This document shows, piece by piece, positions 1-8,298 of a stretch of 64,000 bases of DNA. Origin of the DNA: a bacterium. Lineage in GTDB: Bacteria > UBA10199 > 2-02-FULL-50-16 > JAJFLM01. How positions within the stretch are numbered: the stretch's first letter is position 1; each line of letters opens with the position of its first letter. The notes below the pieces were generated by a model. The model was not told the DNA's origin, made no database searches, and saw only the letters and a program-made list of their open reading frames with translations. Position numbers and translations under genes: made by a program. The stretch is from contig CBDCFN010000016.1 of the NCBI GenBank assembly GCA_965216315.1, positions 2,277,060-2,341,059 of the forward strand, in the 5' to 3' direction.

Positions 1-101
1 TCAACATCCGTGTCACCATCTTTTTGGTTAACAGTAAACGTCGCCGCCGTCGCAGTCGCACTCGTGAACAAGATAAATAACGTGATGACCCATTTGGACA
101 T
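1..101 (-). CDS. partial CDS (5' end only, runs off window start): secreted protein, apparent third paralog of the CSLREA/beta-helix family
   Basis: rc ATG at 99-101 preceded by AAGGGGGAA SD; translation MSKWVITLFILFTSATATAATFTVNQKDGDTDVD = signal peptide then A-T-[FY]-x-V-[DN]...D-G/D-D motif like the mature N-termini of the 329-1891 and 12702-14180 products; absent from ORF track because under 60 codons lie inside the window. Confidence 0.4.
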   Translation of the reverse strand, partial: MSKWVITLFILFTSATATAATFTVNQKDGDTDV

Positions 102-328
102 GATTCCCCCTTGTAAGTTGCGCCCAGGCGTGACCGCATGAAGGCGTTATTGTACGCATGTGGGGTGGAGATAGGCAAGCACAAGGCCCGTGATCAGCGG
201 CTTAGAGGCCTACCTGGCTCAAAATGGCCTAAATAACCATGAATTACAGGCGATCCCTCGCTTGTATTCGTGAGATTGCCACGTCGGCTTTGAGCCGACT
301 CGCAATGACAACAATTGATTTTATTAAA

Positions 329-1891
329 TTACTTCCTAATCAACGAACAGCCACCGGAACCGCCGCTTTCATCCGTACAGGTACTGCTGCAACCATCCCC
401 GGCCGTCGTATTGCCATCGTCGCACTCCTCGCCGGTCTGGAGAATCCCGTCGCCGCAAGCGGCCGCCCCTTCATTTTGACAAGTGGAAGAACAACCATCA
501 CCGTCAGCCGTGTTCCCGTCGTCACACTGCTCGCCCGCATCGACGGTGCCATCGCCGCAGGCAGCACCGCCGCCGGTCTCAGTCGTGCAATCCGCCGCAC
601 AGCCGTCGCCGTCCGTCGTATTACCATCGTCACATTCTTCACCGGTGTCGACGTTGCCATTCCCGCAACCGACCTCGACGGCGCCCGCATCACACAAGGC
701 CGTCCCGTCGCCGTCCCCGTCGGCAGGACGCGTAAAGCCACGCTGGTCTGCGGTCAACTCAATCGCGTCTTCATCGACGCAGGAGCCGTCGGCAATGAGA
801 TCGATCGCCGGGCTATTGGCCGCCAGCGTGTGCGTCGGTGTCGGTCCTCCGTTATCCGCCAGTGTCGCTGCGACGATGGGATCGGTTACGGAGTTGTCGT
901 CGCCGGTCTGATTAAACTGACCTGCGCAGGTCGCATCATCGCTGAGGTTATGGCCATCGGAGCTGAGATTGGCAAGAGTACCCGCACAATTTTGCTTCAC
1001 GCCATTAGCCGTATTATTAACGAAAATAGAATTTTGTATTGTCGCATTCTGCGTAATCAGCAGCGCACCACCCGCGCCGGCTGGATCAGCAGCTTCATTG
1101 TTAACAAACGTCGAACTAAAAACATTCAGTGTCCCGGTACTGTTTTCTATAGCGCCACCACCCGTTGTATTGCTGGTCGATGTGTTGTTCGAGAACGTGC
1201 TGTTAATAACGAAACATGTCCCCGTTTCACAGAAAAAGGCTCCGCCACGACTACTCGCCGTATTATCGGACAGAGTTGTGTTACGGAAGATGACCGTCTG
1301 ATTATTGTTCATCGCCACGCTGCCACCGTCAGTACCATCTCCATTTTTTAAGTGGCATTCCTCTATAAGAAGCGCGAATTTGGTGTCGTCACCCGCACCG
1401 TCGCTGACGGTATACACGTGACCTCCGCGACCACTCGACGGGAGGTTGTCGGCATCAAGTGTCATCCCCTTAATGACCACTGTACCATTGGTCGCAAGAT
1501 TCGGATGAAAATGCCGGTCATCAAAGCCGGGGCCGGATTTTATCGTCGTCAGATCGGCGCCGGCTCCCATGATCGTCACCGGTTCAAAAATATCCAGGTC
1601 CCCGATATTTTCAAATTGATTGAACGCGTCTTGATCCGTCTCCGTATTGGCATTGCGGTCGATGTCAATTATGTATTCCCCTTCACCGAGTATAATCACA
1701 TCATGCGCCGCATCGGTATTGGCCTTAATCACCGCTCCACGCAAACTGCAGTCATTATCCGTCGCGTCATCACAAGTTGTCGCTGCCGCATTATCGTCGG
1801 TGCGATCAACGAGGTAGGTCGCCGCCTGAATCTGCGTTGAAAAAAACAGCGCCGCTAACGTTATTACGATATAAGAATAAAATTTTGCCAT
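329..1891 (-). CDS. secreted right-handed beta-helix protein with CSLREA-type N-terminal motif and three C-terminal Myxococcus-type cysteine-rich repeats
   Basis: 520 aa ORF; signal peptide MAKFYSYIVITLAALFFSTQIQA; CSLRGAV motif; N/T/G-rich beta-helix-like middle; three CGNG-x-VD-x-GE(E/Q)CDDGN-x3-GDGC repeats; ends GGCSLIRK without a hydrophobic tail; the many + strand ORFs over 239-1840 are shadow frames. Confidence 0.75.
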   Translation of the reverse strand: MAKFYSYIVITLAALFFSTQIQAATYLVDRTDDNAAATTCDDATDNDCSLRGAVIKANTDAAHDVIILGEGEYIIDIDRNANTETDQDAFNQFENIGDLDIFEPVTIMGAGADLTTIKSGPGFDDRHFHPNLATNGTVVIKGMTLDADNLPSSGRGGHVYTVSDGAGDDTKFALLIEECHLKNGDGTDGGSVAMNNNQTVIFRNTTLSDNTASSRGGAFFCETGTCFVINSTFSNNTSTSNTTGGGAIENSTGTLNVFSSTFVNNEAADPAGAGGALLITQNATIQNSIFVNNTANGVKQNCAGTLANLSSDGHNLSDDATCAGQFNQTGDDNSVTDPIVAATLADNGGPTPTHTLAANSPAIDLIADGSCVDEDAIELTADQRGFTRPADGDGDGTALCDAGAVEVGCGNGNVDTGEECDDGNTTDGDGCAADCTTETGGGAACGDGTVDAGEQCDDGNTADGDGCSSTCQNEGAAACGDGILQTGEECDDGNTTAGDGCSSTCTDESGGSGGCSLIRK

Positions 1892-2014
1892 GATATCGAC
1901 CCCCTGGTTTCGTGGAATCGTAAGTATACCCTATTGAGCAAAGCAGACAAGTTTTGTCGGATATGTGTATCAATTGGCAGGAATCAAGGGCAGAGGCCTC
2001 GATCTATCGAATTT

Positions 2015-2794
2015 CTATTCGGGCATTTCCTCGACCGACCCATCCGTATTCATCATTGCCCCGTCTTTTGCGATACGCTCCATGAGTTCGTGTAGTGGAA
2101 CGGCATGACTCCGACGGGATTCAAACTTTCGCTCTTCATGCTTTTCATCCGTCGCCGCACCTTCTTCCGCGTCGTCATCCTCCCGCATTTCCTTTGCTTG
2201 CATCGGCATCAATCCAGCCAGATGACCGTAACTGGATTTATTTAAAGTTGTGAATGAAGTATCCGTCTCTGCTTCGGTATTCGGAAGCGCGACCCAACGA
2301 TCGTCGTCGAGAGCCAGACCAAGCTGTCCCCAGCTTAGCGGACGTTCGCTCGCCTCGACATGAAGCTGTTCACTCAAACCCTCTTCCGTCGTGAAAAGCA
2401 AAGGGATCTGCTCCTCGCTGCTGAGACTCAAGGAGAAATGATAATACTGCCCGGTCTCAACCCAAAAACTAAAACGACACTCGAAATCGACCGAACCGAT
2501 GACGACGGTTTGAGGACCCTGCTGCACCCAAATCTGGCGTCCGACGCAGTCGCCGTCGCCCGCGAATTCCGCTTCTGCCTGCCACTCGGACTGCGGCGGC
2601 ACCATGCCGATGATCTGGCGATAGGCGGACGGTGGATTACCGGCCTCGGTCCCGCCTTGAAACTGGCTTAGCGGCGGCTGCGTGCCGCAGGCAAAGCCGC
2701 CCAGGGCCTGAATGAACAGGCCCACCACGATGACGATGCATTTTCGTATGGTGTATTCTCCCGATAAGATATTTTGCTTAAGTGAGAACATCAC
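2015..2794 (-). CDS. lipoprotein with GGTEAGNP motif (third gene of the module at 2.0-4.6 kb)
   Basis: 259 aa ORF; N-terminus charged n-region then hydrophobic stretch and lipobox GGFAC; GGTEAGNPP motif soon after the Cys; acidic C-terminal region. Confidence 0.55.
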   Translation of the reverse strand: MMFSLKQNILSGEYTIRKCIVIVVGLFIQALGGFACGTQPPLSQFQGGTEAGNPPSAYRQIIGMVPPQSEWQAEAEFAGDGDCVGRQIWVQQGPQTVVIGSVDFECRFSFWVETGQYYHFSLSLSSEEQIPLLFTTEEGLSEQLHVEASERPLSWGQLGLALDDDRWVALPNTEAETDTSFTTLNKSSYGHLAGLMPMQAKEMREDDDAEEGAATDEKHEERKFESRRSHAVPLHELMERIAKDGAMMNTDGSVEEMPE

Positions 2795-2835
2795 CTAAGT
2801 TATCGAAAGAATAAAGGAAATGTTGTATACAGCGG

Positions 2836-2862
2836 AAAATATCTGTTGACTCAAGTCAACAG
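2836..2862 (-). promoter_or_regulatory. motif copy CTGTTGAC-TTGA-GTCAACAGATATTTT (read on minus strand), upstream of the 2015-2794 lipoprotein gene
   Basis: perfect 8 bp inverted repeat with 4 nt spacer plus AGATA extension; overlaps a 10 bp stem hairpin (2859-2883) that spans the stop codon of 2871-3695. Confidence 0.45.
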
Positions 2863-2870
2863 CTGCGCCT

Positions 2871-3695
2871 TTAGCGCAGCTGTTCGTGCAGATCTTCCGG
2901 ATCTTCGATCGGCTGCTGCGCGCCACCGATCTCATTCAATGATTTGATGACCTTAATAACGCTGTCTCTTTTGATCATCATTTTATCATCACCCTGTTCT
3001 TCTTCCTGCTCCGTAATACCGTAAGTTCCGGTGAACGGATTAGTCACCTCTTCGGCGCCTTGATTCTCCTCGGTGCCGCCAAAGCCTTCTGCAGGACCGG
3101 CCTGTTCCGTCTCGTCTTCACCTTCGCCCTCAGGATAATAGGGACCGCCGGTCCCTTCACTGGACCCGCCCGCCCGGGCGGCATAACTATCGCCTTGCTG
3201 GTAGAAGGAGATCTTGCCAATATCGTGGGTCACTCCGCGGCCTTCGAAACGGACATGAGGCGTATCATCATCGCCAAAGCCAACTCGAACCCGGGTGCCG
3301 TCAGGCATTTCAATATCAAACATATACTTGTCGCCAGACCGCAATCCAGGGATCGTAAAATCACAACTCGGCGTTACAGACGCACTTGTCTCTAAATGAG
3401 TGTGCACGTTCGTGGCAATAACCTTAACGCCCGCGCAGGCGTTCGGTAAATTCGGATCAAAACCGGGAATCTCCTGCATACGAGGAACGTTACCGGTCAC
3501 CGAAACGATGCCGGGGTTTTCGGCCTGCCCGGGATCTTGATCAGTCACCGAGGGACCGTTCCTGGGGTTACCCGCTTCGGTACCGCCTCGAAGTCCGGGA
3601 TTTCCTAAACCGCCACCACTACCCCCAGTATTGCAAGCAGTGACCGTTATCGCCACGACAGCCAAGGTTAAAACTAAATTAAATGCTTTCTTCAT
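2871..3695 (-). CDS. lipoprotein with GTEAGNP motif, coupled to upstream TIGR02147-like gene
   Basis: ORF 2871-3734; internal Met (rc ATG 3693-3695) gives lipoprotein signal MKKAFNLVLTLAVVAITVTAC; motifs GLGNPG and GGTEAGNP; 25 bp after stop of 3721-4569. Confidence 0.65.
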   Translation of the reverse strand: MKKAFNLVLTLAVVAITVTACNTGGSGGGLGNPGLRGGTEAGNPRNGPSVTDQDPGQAENPGIVSVTGNVPRMQEIPGFDPNLPNACAGVKVIATNVHTHLETSASVTPSCDFTIPGLRSGDKYMFDIEMPDGTRVRVGFGDDDTPHVRFEGRGVTHDIGKISFYQQGDSYAARAGGSSEGTGGPYYPEGEGEDETEQAGPAEGFGGTEENQGAEEVTNPFTGTYGITEQEEEQGDDKMMIKRDSVIKVIKSLNEIGGAQQPIEDPEDLHEQLR

Positions 3696-3720
3696 GATGT
3701 AACACCCTTTCGTACGCTTC

Positions 3721-4569
3721 TTACGCTCTTTCATGTTTTGTCACCGGCAGCATCTGGATACTGAGCAAGACAACATCATCTGGATTGTCATCGTCAGCAA
3801 CCAACTGGAGGATTTCGCGTCGAAACTCCTGAATGCGTTTTTTGATCTGCGGGACTCTTTCTTTAATAATTCCTAAAGTCAGAGCACTGACATCCCGTTC
3901 TTTTTGTTCCACCTCGGGAAGCTGCCCTTTTAATAAATCAAACAAACTCTGGTGATAATTTAAAAGCACGAGGGAATCGGCTTCGGCACCGCTCGTTACA
4001 AGCGGTGTCGCCTGTTTCCACTTATTGGTCACCGCATCACGCTCAATAAAATGAAGTCGCGCCAACAATTCGACGGACTTTTTTACTTGCGCGGGAGACA
4101 CTTCCGGCTGCAATCTTTTAGCCAACCACTCGATTGAACCGTCAAAATCCTTAGAAATGATCAACTCGCGCACAACCGGATGATACCAGGTTGAAAAATA
4201 CTCGTAACGATCCTGCGCAAGTGGCTCTAACTGACTGTAGCGTTGAGAACGAATCAACTTCTTATAGTAAGCGTTTTTTTCCGCGTGCGTTTTCGCCTGA
4301 TTAAAGAAGACGAGATTACGAAAGTGCTCGCGCTCCGGACGCTCCAGTTTGATTCCTTTAATGAATTTCTTGAGGCTTTCCTCAGTCAGGTTACGTTCGC
4401 CATCCATGACGAGTTTAAAAATATTGGAGGATTTAAAGCCGGCTTGCCGGGAAAAGACCCGATATGAAAACCCGTACCGCTCTTTGGCCGATTCATACCA
4501 ATCGCGCAAGAAGGCCCGGTAATCCATATAATCGAATACTGAGACGTTATTGTTGCCGTTGTTACCCAT
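3721..4569 (-). CDS. XRE-type HTH protein, TIGR02147/DUF4423-like paralog 1
   Basis: 282 aa; conserved N-terminal block DYRAFLRDWYESAKERYGFSYRVFSRQAGFKSSNIFKLVMDGERNLT (HTH_XRE-like, GxRNLS end); paralogous to 7373-8233, 10214-11062, 18151-18723, 43573-44427. Confidence 0.75.
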   Translation of the reverse strand: MGNNGNNNVSVFDYMDYRAFLRDWYESAKERYGFSYRVFSRQAGFKSSNIFKLVMDGERNLTEESLKKFIKGIKLERPEREHFRNLVFFNQAKTHAEKNAYYKKLIRSQRYSQLEPLAQDRYEYFSTWYHPVVRELIISKDFDGSIEWLAKRLQPEVSPAQVKKSVELLARLHFIERDAVTNKWKQATPLVTSGAEADSLVLLNYHQSLFDLLKGQLPEVEQKERDVSALTLGIIKERVPQIKKRIQEFRREILQLVADDDNPDDVVLLSIQMLPVTKHERA

Positions 4570-4751
4570 GTCACTTACCTATACGCTATTATACCCTGTA
4601 TACTGCCTGTTCTCTAGTTATCGTTCAGCGTCCGGCTTGAGTTGCCTCATTTTGACGAAATTTATCAATTTTTTGTATGCAGCAATCCCTATCTAACTAT
4701 CTGTTATTATTAATTTTTTAATTTCTATCTTATTTATGCCCTTTTTTTTGA

Positions 4752-4790
4752 GTCAACAGGCCCCCCTGTTGACCCAGGTCAACAGATAAT
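4752..4790 (+). promoter_or_regulatory. motif copy GTCAACAGG-cccc-CCTGTTGAC-ccag-GTCAACAGATAAT, upstream of 4873-5463
   Basis: three half-sites of the same 8-mer in alternating orientation about 80 bp upstream of the ORF. Confidence 0.45.
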
Positions 4791-4872
4791 CCTGACGAAA
4801 CGCAACGAAGACTCGAACGAATCCGATAAGTCTCAACGAAACGAACCGCAATTTCTGAGCATGGAGGCAACA

Positions 4873-5463
4873 ATGGGTGAACCAAGCACACTTCTTAATA
4901 TCTATAATAGCACCAAAGACTATATTTGGAACTTAGCCGCTGCGCAGCCCGTGGAAACGGATAGCGATGTCGCTTCCGGCGCTGATGACACGGCGCAAAC
5001 TCATGCGAATACGGATTTACTAGACAAGACCGTCACCCCCTGCAAAAAGGCAACTCCTTCGGTCGTTCGCCTTCATCAAGCCCCGATGCGCCCCGGCCAG
5101 CGGGACGATGGGGATACCGAATTCACCAATTTCATGAAACGACCCGGTTTCGGGCACGACGAACGCGTCGTCAGAGAGCTTGGTTATGCGTTTGACAAGT
5201 CGAAACTACCGGACACGATTACAGTCCGCATGCAAATATCGTCCAATGGAAGTATTGCGGTCGCCGAACTCCCGGAAGACTACAAACCACCGAAGGGCAT
5301 TTCACGGGAGGAAATGAACCACATCATTCATCGAGCGCTCGTGCCTTTTAGCGTGCCTAGCTATGCAGTGCCGGAAGCATCGCGAACGAATCCATGCGCG
5401 TGGATCACGCACACCATATCGCTGAATCCGACACCGGATCCGGCATCAGTACCTAACAGTTAA
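4873..5463 (+). CDS. hypothetical protein
   Basis: ORF 4861-5463; GGAGG SD at 4864-4868 favours the ATG at 4873 (MGEPST...); followed by an intrinsic terminator at 5498-5538; no recognisable domain. Confidence 0.5.
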   Translation: MGEPSTLLNIYNSTKDYIWNLAAAQPVETDSDVASGADDTAQTHANTDLLDKTVTPCKKATPSVVRLHQAPMRPGQRDDGDTEFTNFMKRPGFGHDERVVRELGYAFDKSKLPDTITVRMQISSNGSIAVAELPEDYKPPKGISREEMNHIIHRALVPFSVPSYAVPEASRTNPCAWITHTISLNPTPDPASVPNS

Positions 5464-5470
5464 AAACAGC

Positions 5471-5510
5471 TTACACATACGCACCCATGACACTCCGAAA
5501 AAGGTCATCC
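5471..5510 (+). repeat. direct repeat copy 1 (TTACACATACGCACCCATGACACTCC-G-AAAAAGGTCATCC)
   Basis: 40 bp, 39/40 identical to 5636-5675; runs into terminator hairpin. Confidence 0.7.
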
Positions 5511-5538
5511 TCTTCACCCCTTGAGGATGGCTTTTTTT
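5498..5538 (+). terminator. intrinsic terminator after 4873-5463
   Basis: CATCCTC...GAGGATG stem followed by TTTTTTT (5532-5538). Confidence 0.55.
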
Positions 5539-5548
5539 CGTTCACTCG

Positions 5549-5572
5549 TGTTGACTGACGTTAACAGATAAA
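5549..5572 (+). promoter_or_regulatory. motif copy TGTTGAC-TGAC-GTTAACAGATAA
   Basis: same architecture as 4767-4790 and 5711-5733; sits between terminator 1 and a candidate short transcript. Confidence 0.4.
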
Positions 5573-5635
5573 CTTTTTGCAACGCAACAGTGTGTCGGTA
5601 GGTACCGATAACTAATATACAACAAGTTATTCAAC

Positions 5636-5675
5636 TTACACATACGCACCCATGACACTCCAAAAAGGTCATCCC
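5636..5675 (+). repeat. direct repeat copy 2
   Basis: see 5471-5510. Confidence 0.7.
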
Positions 5676-5700
5676 TCTCCCCGGGGGGATGACCTTTTTA
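5662..5700 (+). terminator. intrinsic terminator, bidirectional architecture
   Basis: AAAAA-GGTCATCCC-tctccccggg-GGGATGACC-TTTTTACTTTT; perfect 9 bp GC-rich stem. Confidence 0.6.
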
Positions 5701-5710
5701 CTTTTAAAGG

Positions 5711-5733
5711 TGTTAACTTACGTCAACAGATAA
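5711..5733 (+). promoter_or_regulatory. motif copy TGTTAAC-TTAC-GTCAACAGATAAAG, upstream of the LysM gene
   Basis: about 100 bp upstream of ATG 5832. Confidence 0.4.
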
Positions 5734-5831
5734 AGCCTTCGTTAACGAATATTAAACAACATCGTTTGCGAATAACCGATAATACTACAGGTAGGCTAAC
5801 TGATAACTCGTTTCAGAAAGGTTGGGATAAC

Positions 5832-6179
5832 ATGTCGTATCAAATTCATACCGTCCGTCCGGGAGACACGTTGGCAAGCATTGCGCGGCACTACGGCGTC
5901 ACCATGCAGCAACTCCGGAAGCTGAATGTTCATCTCACGCAATCGAGTGGCTCGATTCCTCGTACGAGTGCAGGAAGTAAGATTTACGTCGGTGACGAAG
6001 TCCGTATTAAAGAGCTCCTTGAGTGCGGCCGCAACGTCGGGCCTTTTCAGTTGGGTTGTCGTTATGCGTCGAGTGACACATTAAAACTGGAGTTTGGTAT
6101 CAAGGGCGACGTAAGCACACAACCCCTTAATTCCTCAATCATGGTTGGCGCCAGAATCACTTTTTCCGGGGGCAACTAA
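5832..6179 (+). CDS. LysM domain protein
   Basis: MSYQIHTVRPGDTLASIARHYGVTMQQLRKLN is a canonical LysM motif; start taken at the internal ATG 5832 because the upstream part of ORF 5652-6179 crosses a terminator hairpin and a promoter-like motif. Confidence 0.6.
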   Translation: MSYQIHTVRPGDTLASIARHYGVTMQQLRKLNVHLTQSSGSIPRTSAGSKIYVGDEVRIKELLECGRNVGPFQLGCRYASSDTLKLEFGIKGDVSTQPLNSSIMVGARITFSGGN

Positions 6180-6188
6180 ATAGCTGAA

Positions 6189-7376
6189 CTAGGGTTGCGC
6201 CGTAAACGAAGTCGTTGCGGCCTTGGTCTTACCGCCCGTCCCGCAGTCGATTTCATCGACCTTGACCTCGTATTCGGTCCCGGCGGCAAAGGGGTCAACG
6301 CCGTGCTCGCACGCGATCTCATCCGCCCCCAGCTGATGGTTGGTGCAATCGACGTCGATCGCGAGTCCTTTGGGCTGAATAATCAGCGCGCTGGGAAAAT
6401 CGATCAGGCCAAGATGATATTTGCAGCCCAAGCGAACAATCACCTGTTCCGAGAGGCCTACGCCCGTCTGACCGTTGAAGGGATAAATTCTCAAGACCGG
6501 AACCATCCCCCCCAAATCTTCCTCACGACAAGGTGAGCCGGGATCATTGTCATCGATAAAACCATTGAGGTCACAATCCCGCTCCATTTGATCAAGTACG
6601 CCGTCGTTATCATCGTCCGTGTCGATCGCATCCGAGTCCCCATCCTCGTCGCGGTCCGTATAGATCTCCGGATTGTGTTCCGGAATCGCGTCAAGACCCT
6701 CGATCTGCACCCGACCTAAGTCAACGGGTTTCTCGGCCGGGAGCCCGACGTAAAACTCATTTTGGCGGATAAAGGCGCGCTGCTTACTGAGATGTTCCAT
6801 CTTCACGACCAGGCGCGCGACGAGGTCACCGGTCTTTTTTCGGAACTCCAGCATATAAGCGCGCTTGGTCGGCACAGCGAGCTTAAAAGAGCAATCCGAT
6901 TCAATTCTCGTAGTGAGCTCTTGTCGTGCAGAGTTGATCGCGGTCACGGTCGCGGCCGGACAGACCTTGACTACCGCAATTTTAGTCGCCTGCTCGGCCC
7001 ATTCCGTCCGGATGTTTACCAGACTCATCTGCATGAGCGGCCTGATATCCTTATACGGCAATTCGCGCACCGGGCTCTCGATCAGCTGCCGTTCCTCTTC
7101 CACGGGCTGCAGCTGACCGATGATCAGGCGTAGCGGAGCCGGATCCTGATCGTAAGGTGTTCCCGGCCGTGGCCCTGGTCCCGGATCAGTCGGCGTCGCT
7201 TCCGGATTCCCGAAATCCGTTCCCCCGAACTCTGGGTTCCCGAAATCCGTTCCGCTGATCGTTTGCTCGGTATCGACAATGTCCGGTGGTGCGGTATCCG
7301 CTCCCTGCGGCTGGACGCACGCGGCAATAAAAAAGACGAGCGCAATAGTACTGAGCAACCGGCTCCAGCAGGTCAT
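6189..7376 (-). CDS. lipoprotein with tandem GTDFGNPE motifs and thrombospondin-type-3-like Asp-rich calcium-binding repeats
   Basis: 395 aa; lipobox FIAAC; GTDFGNPEFGGTDFGNPE; DRDEDGDSDAIDTDDDNDGVLD and DCDLNGFIDDND; start overlaps stop of 7373-8233 by 4 bp; paralogous to 11507-12652. Confidence 0.7.
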   Translation of the reverse strand: MTCWSRLLSTIALVFFIAACVQPQGADTAPPDIVDTEQTISGTDFGNPEFGGTDFGNPEATPTDPGPGPRPGTPYDQDPAPLRLIIGQLQPVEEERQLIESPVRELPYKDIRPLMQMSLVNIRTEWAEQATKIAVVKVCPAATVTAINSARQELTTRIESDCSFKLAVPTKRAYMLEFRKKTGDLVARLVVKMEHLSKQRAFIRQNEFYVGLPAEKPVDLGRVQIEGLDAIPEHNPEIYTDRDEDGDSDAIDTDDDNDGVLDQMERDCDLNGFIDDNDPGSPCREEDLGGMVPVLRIYPFNGQTGVGLSEQVIVRLGCKYHLGLIDFPSALIIQPKGLAIDVDCTNHQLGADEIACEHGVDPFAAGTEYEVKVDEIDCGTGGKTKAATTSFTAQP

Positions 7377-8233
7377 GATCCACCTGCCTCGTCCGTCGGC
7401 TCTTCGACCATCGGGAATAAATAGATATTCAACTGCAAGACCTCCTCCGTCTCCGTATCATCGGCGACCAGCTTGAGGATGTCCTGTCGAAATTTTTCGA
7501 TTTTCTTCTTTATCTGGTGCAGGCGGGGCTTGGTTACTCCCAAGGTCAACGCCCCCATATAGCGCCTCGGTGCCGGAACGGCCCCAAGCAGGTGGGGGAG
7601 AAGCTTCATCATAGTCTTATGATAATTGAAAAGCTCAACGGATTCAATAGCGGTCCCGGGGGCGAGCACGGAAGAGCTCTGTTCCCAGCGTCCTGACGGG
7701 CTGCGATGGATCAATTCGAGCTTTTCCAAGAGCTCGAGCGAGGCTTCGACCTGCTCCAATTTGATCCGTTTTCCGAGCCGCGTCATCAACCATTCCGGGG
7801 TTCCATCATAGTCCTTGGCCGTGATGAGCTCGCGAATGACCGCATGGTACCAAGCCGAACAATATTCATGCTGATGGGCTCTAATCGGTTGTCTTTGTTG
7901 GTATTTTTTCGAACGCAGCAACAAGTTGTAGTAACGATCCTCTTCTTCATGGGTCTTGGCCTGGTTATACGCGACCAGATTGCTAAAAAAATCGGCGTCC
8001 TGGGCCGCCAGCTTCAAGGCCTTAACCGTCTTCGGCAAGGTATCCGCAGTTAAGTTCCGTTTTCCCTGAATGACCAACATGATGTAGTTGGAGGACTTGA
8101 ACCCGGCGCGTTCCGCAAATCTTCGATAGGACATGGAGGCCCGGGTCTTTTTCTTCGCCTCAAACCAGTCGCGCAAATAGGTACGATAATCGTTGTAATC
8201 GTAGAGATTTATGTCCTCTGCCGGCTCCGACAC
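7373..8233 (-). CDS. XRE-type HTH protein, TIGR02147/DUF4423-like paralog 2
   Basis: 286 aa; DYRTYLRDWFEAKKKTRASMSYRRFAERAGFKSSNYIMLVIQGKRNLT; shared central CSAWYHAVIRELI block. Confidence 0.75.
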   Translation of the reverse strand: MSEPAEDINLYDYNDYRTYLRDWFEAKKKTRASMSYRRFAERAGFKSSNYIMLVIQGKRNLTADTLPKTVKALKLAAQDADFFSNLVAYNQAKTHEEEDRYYNLLLRSKKYQQRQPIRAHQHEYCSAWYHAVIRELITAKDYDGTPEWLMTRLGKRIKLEQVEASLELLEKLELIHRSPSGRWEQSSSVLAPGTAIESVELFNYHKTMMKLLPHLLGAVPAPRRYMGALTLGVTKPRLHQIKKKIEKFRQDILKLVADDTETEEVLQLNIYLFPMVEEPTDEAGGS

Positions 8234-8298
8234 CTACCAAAAATACCTGTAATTACTTGTAGGCGCAACTAAATGGTCTCTTTGGGAGTTCTGGACCG

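Larger units (their letters stand above)
5573..5700 (+). ncRNA. candidate small transcript bounded by a promoter-like motif and terminator 2 (hypothetical)
   Basis: about 125 nt between motif 5549-5572 and the strong GC hairpin plus T-run at 5662-5700; ends with the same 40 bp module that ends the upstream mRNA; no expression evidence. Confidence 0.2.

Noticed and set aside
239-1840. Multiple + strand ORFs (239-1351, 483-911, 969-1301, 1352-1840) and a - strand ORF (340-741) overlapping the 329-1891 gene
   Set aside because: Alternative-frame shadows of a GC-rich, repeat-rich gene; their products are low-complexity (Ala/Pro/Arg/Thr runs) with no start context, while the - strand 520 aa product has signal peptide and coherent domain structure
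5652-5831. N-terminal extension of the LysM ORF (track start 5652)
   Set aside because: This stretch crosses an intrinsic terminator hairpin and a promoter-like motif; the LysM domain begins right at the internal Met 5832
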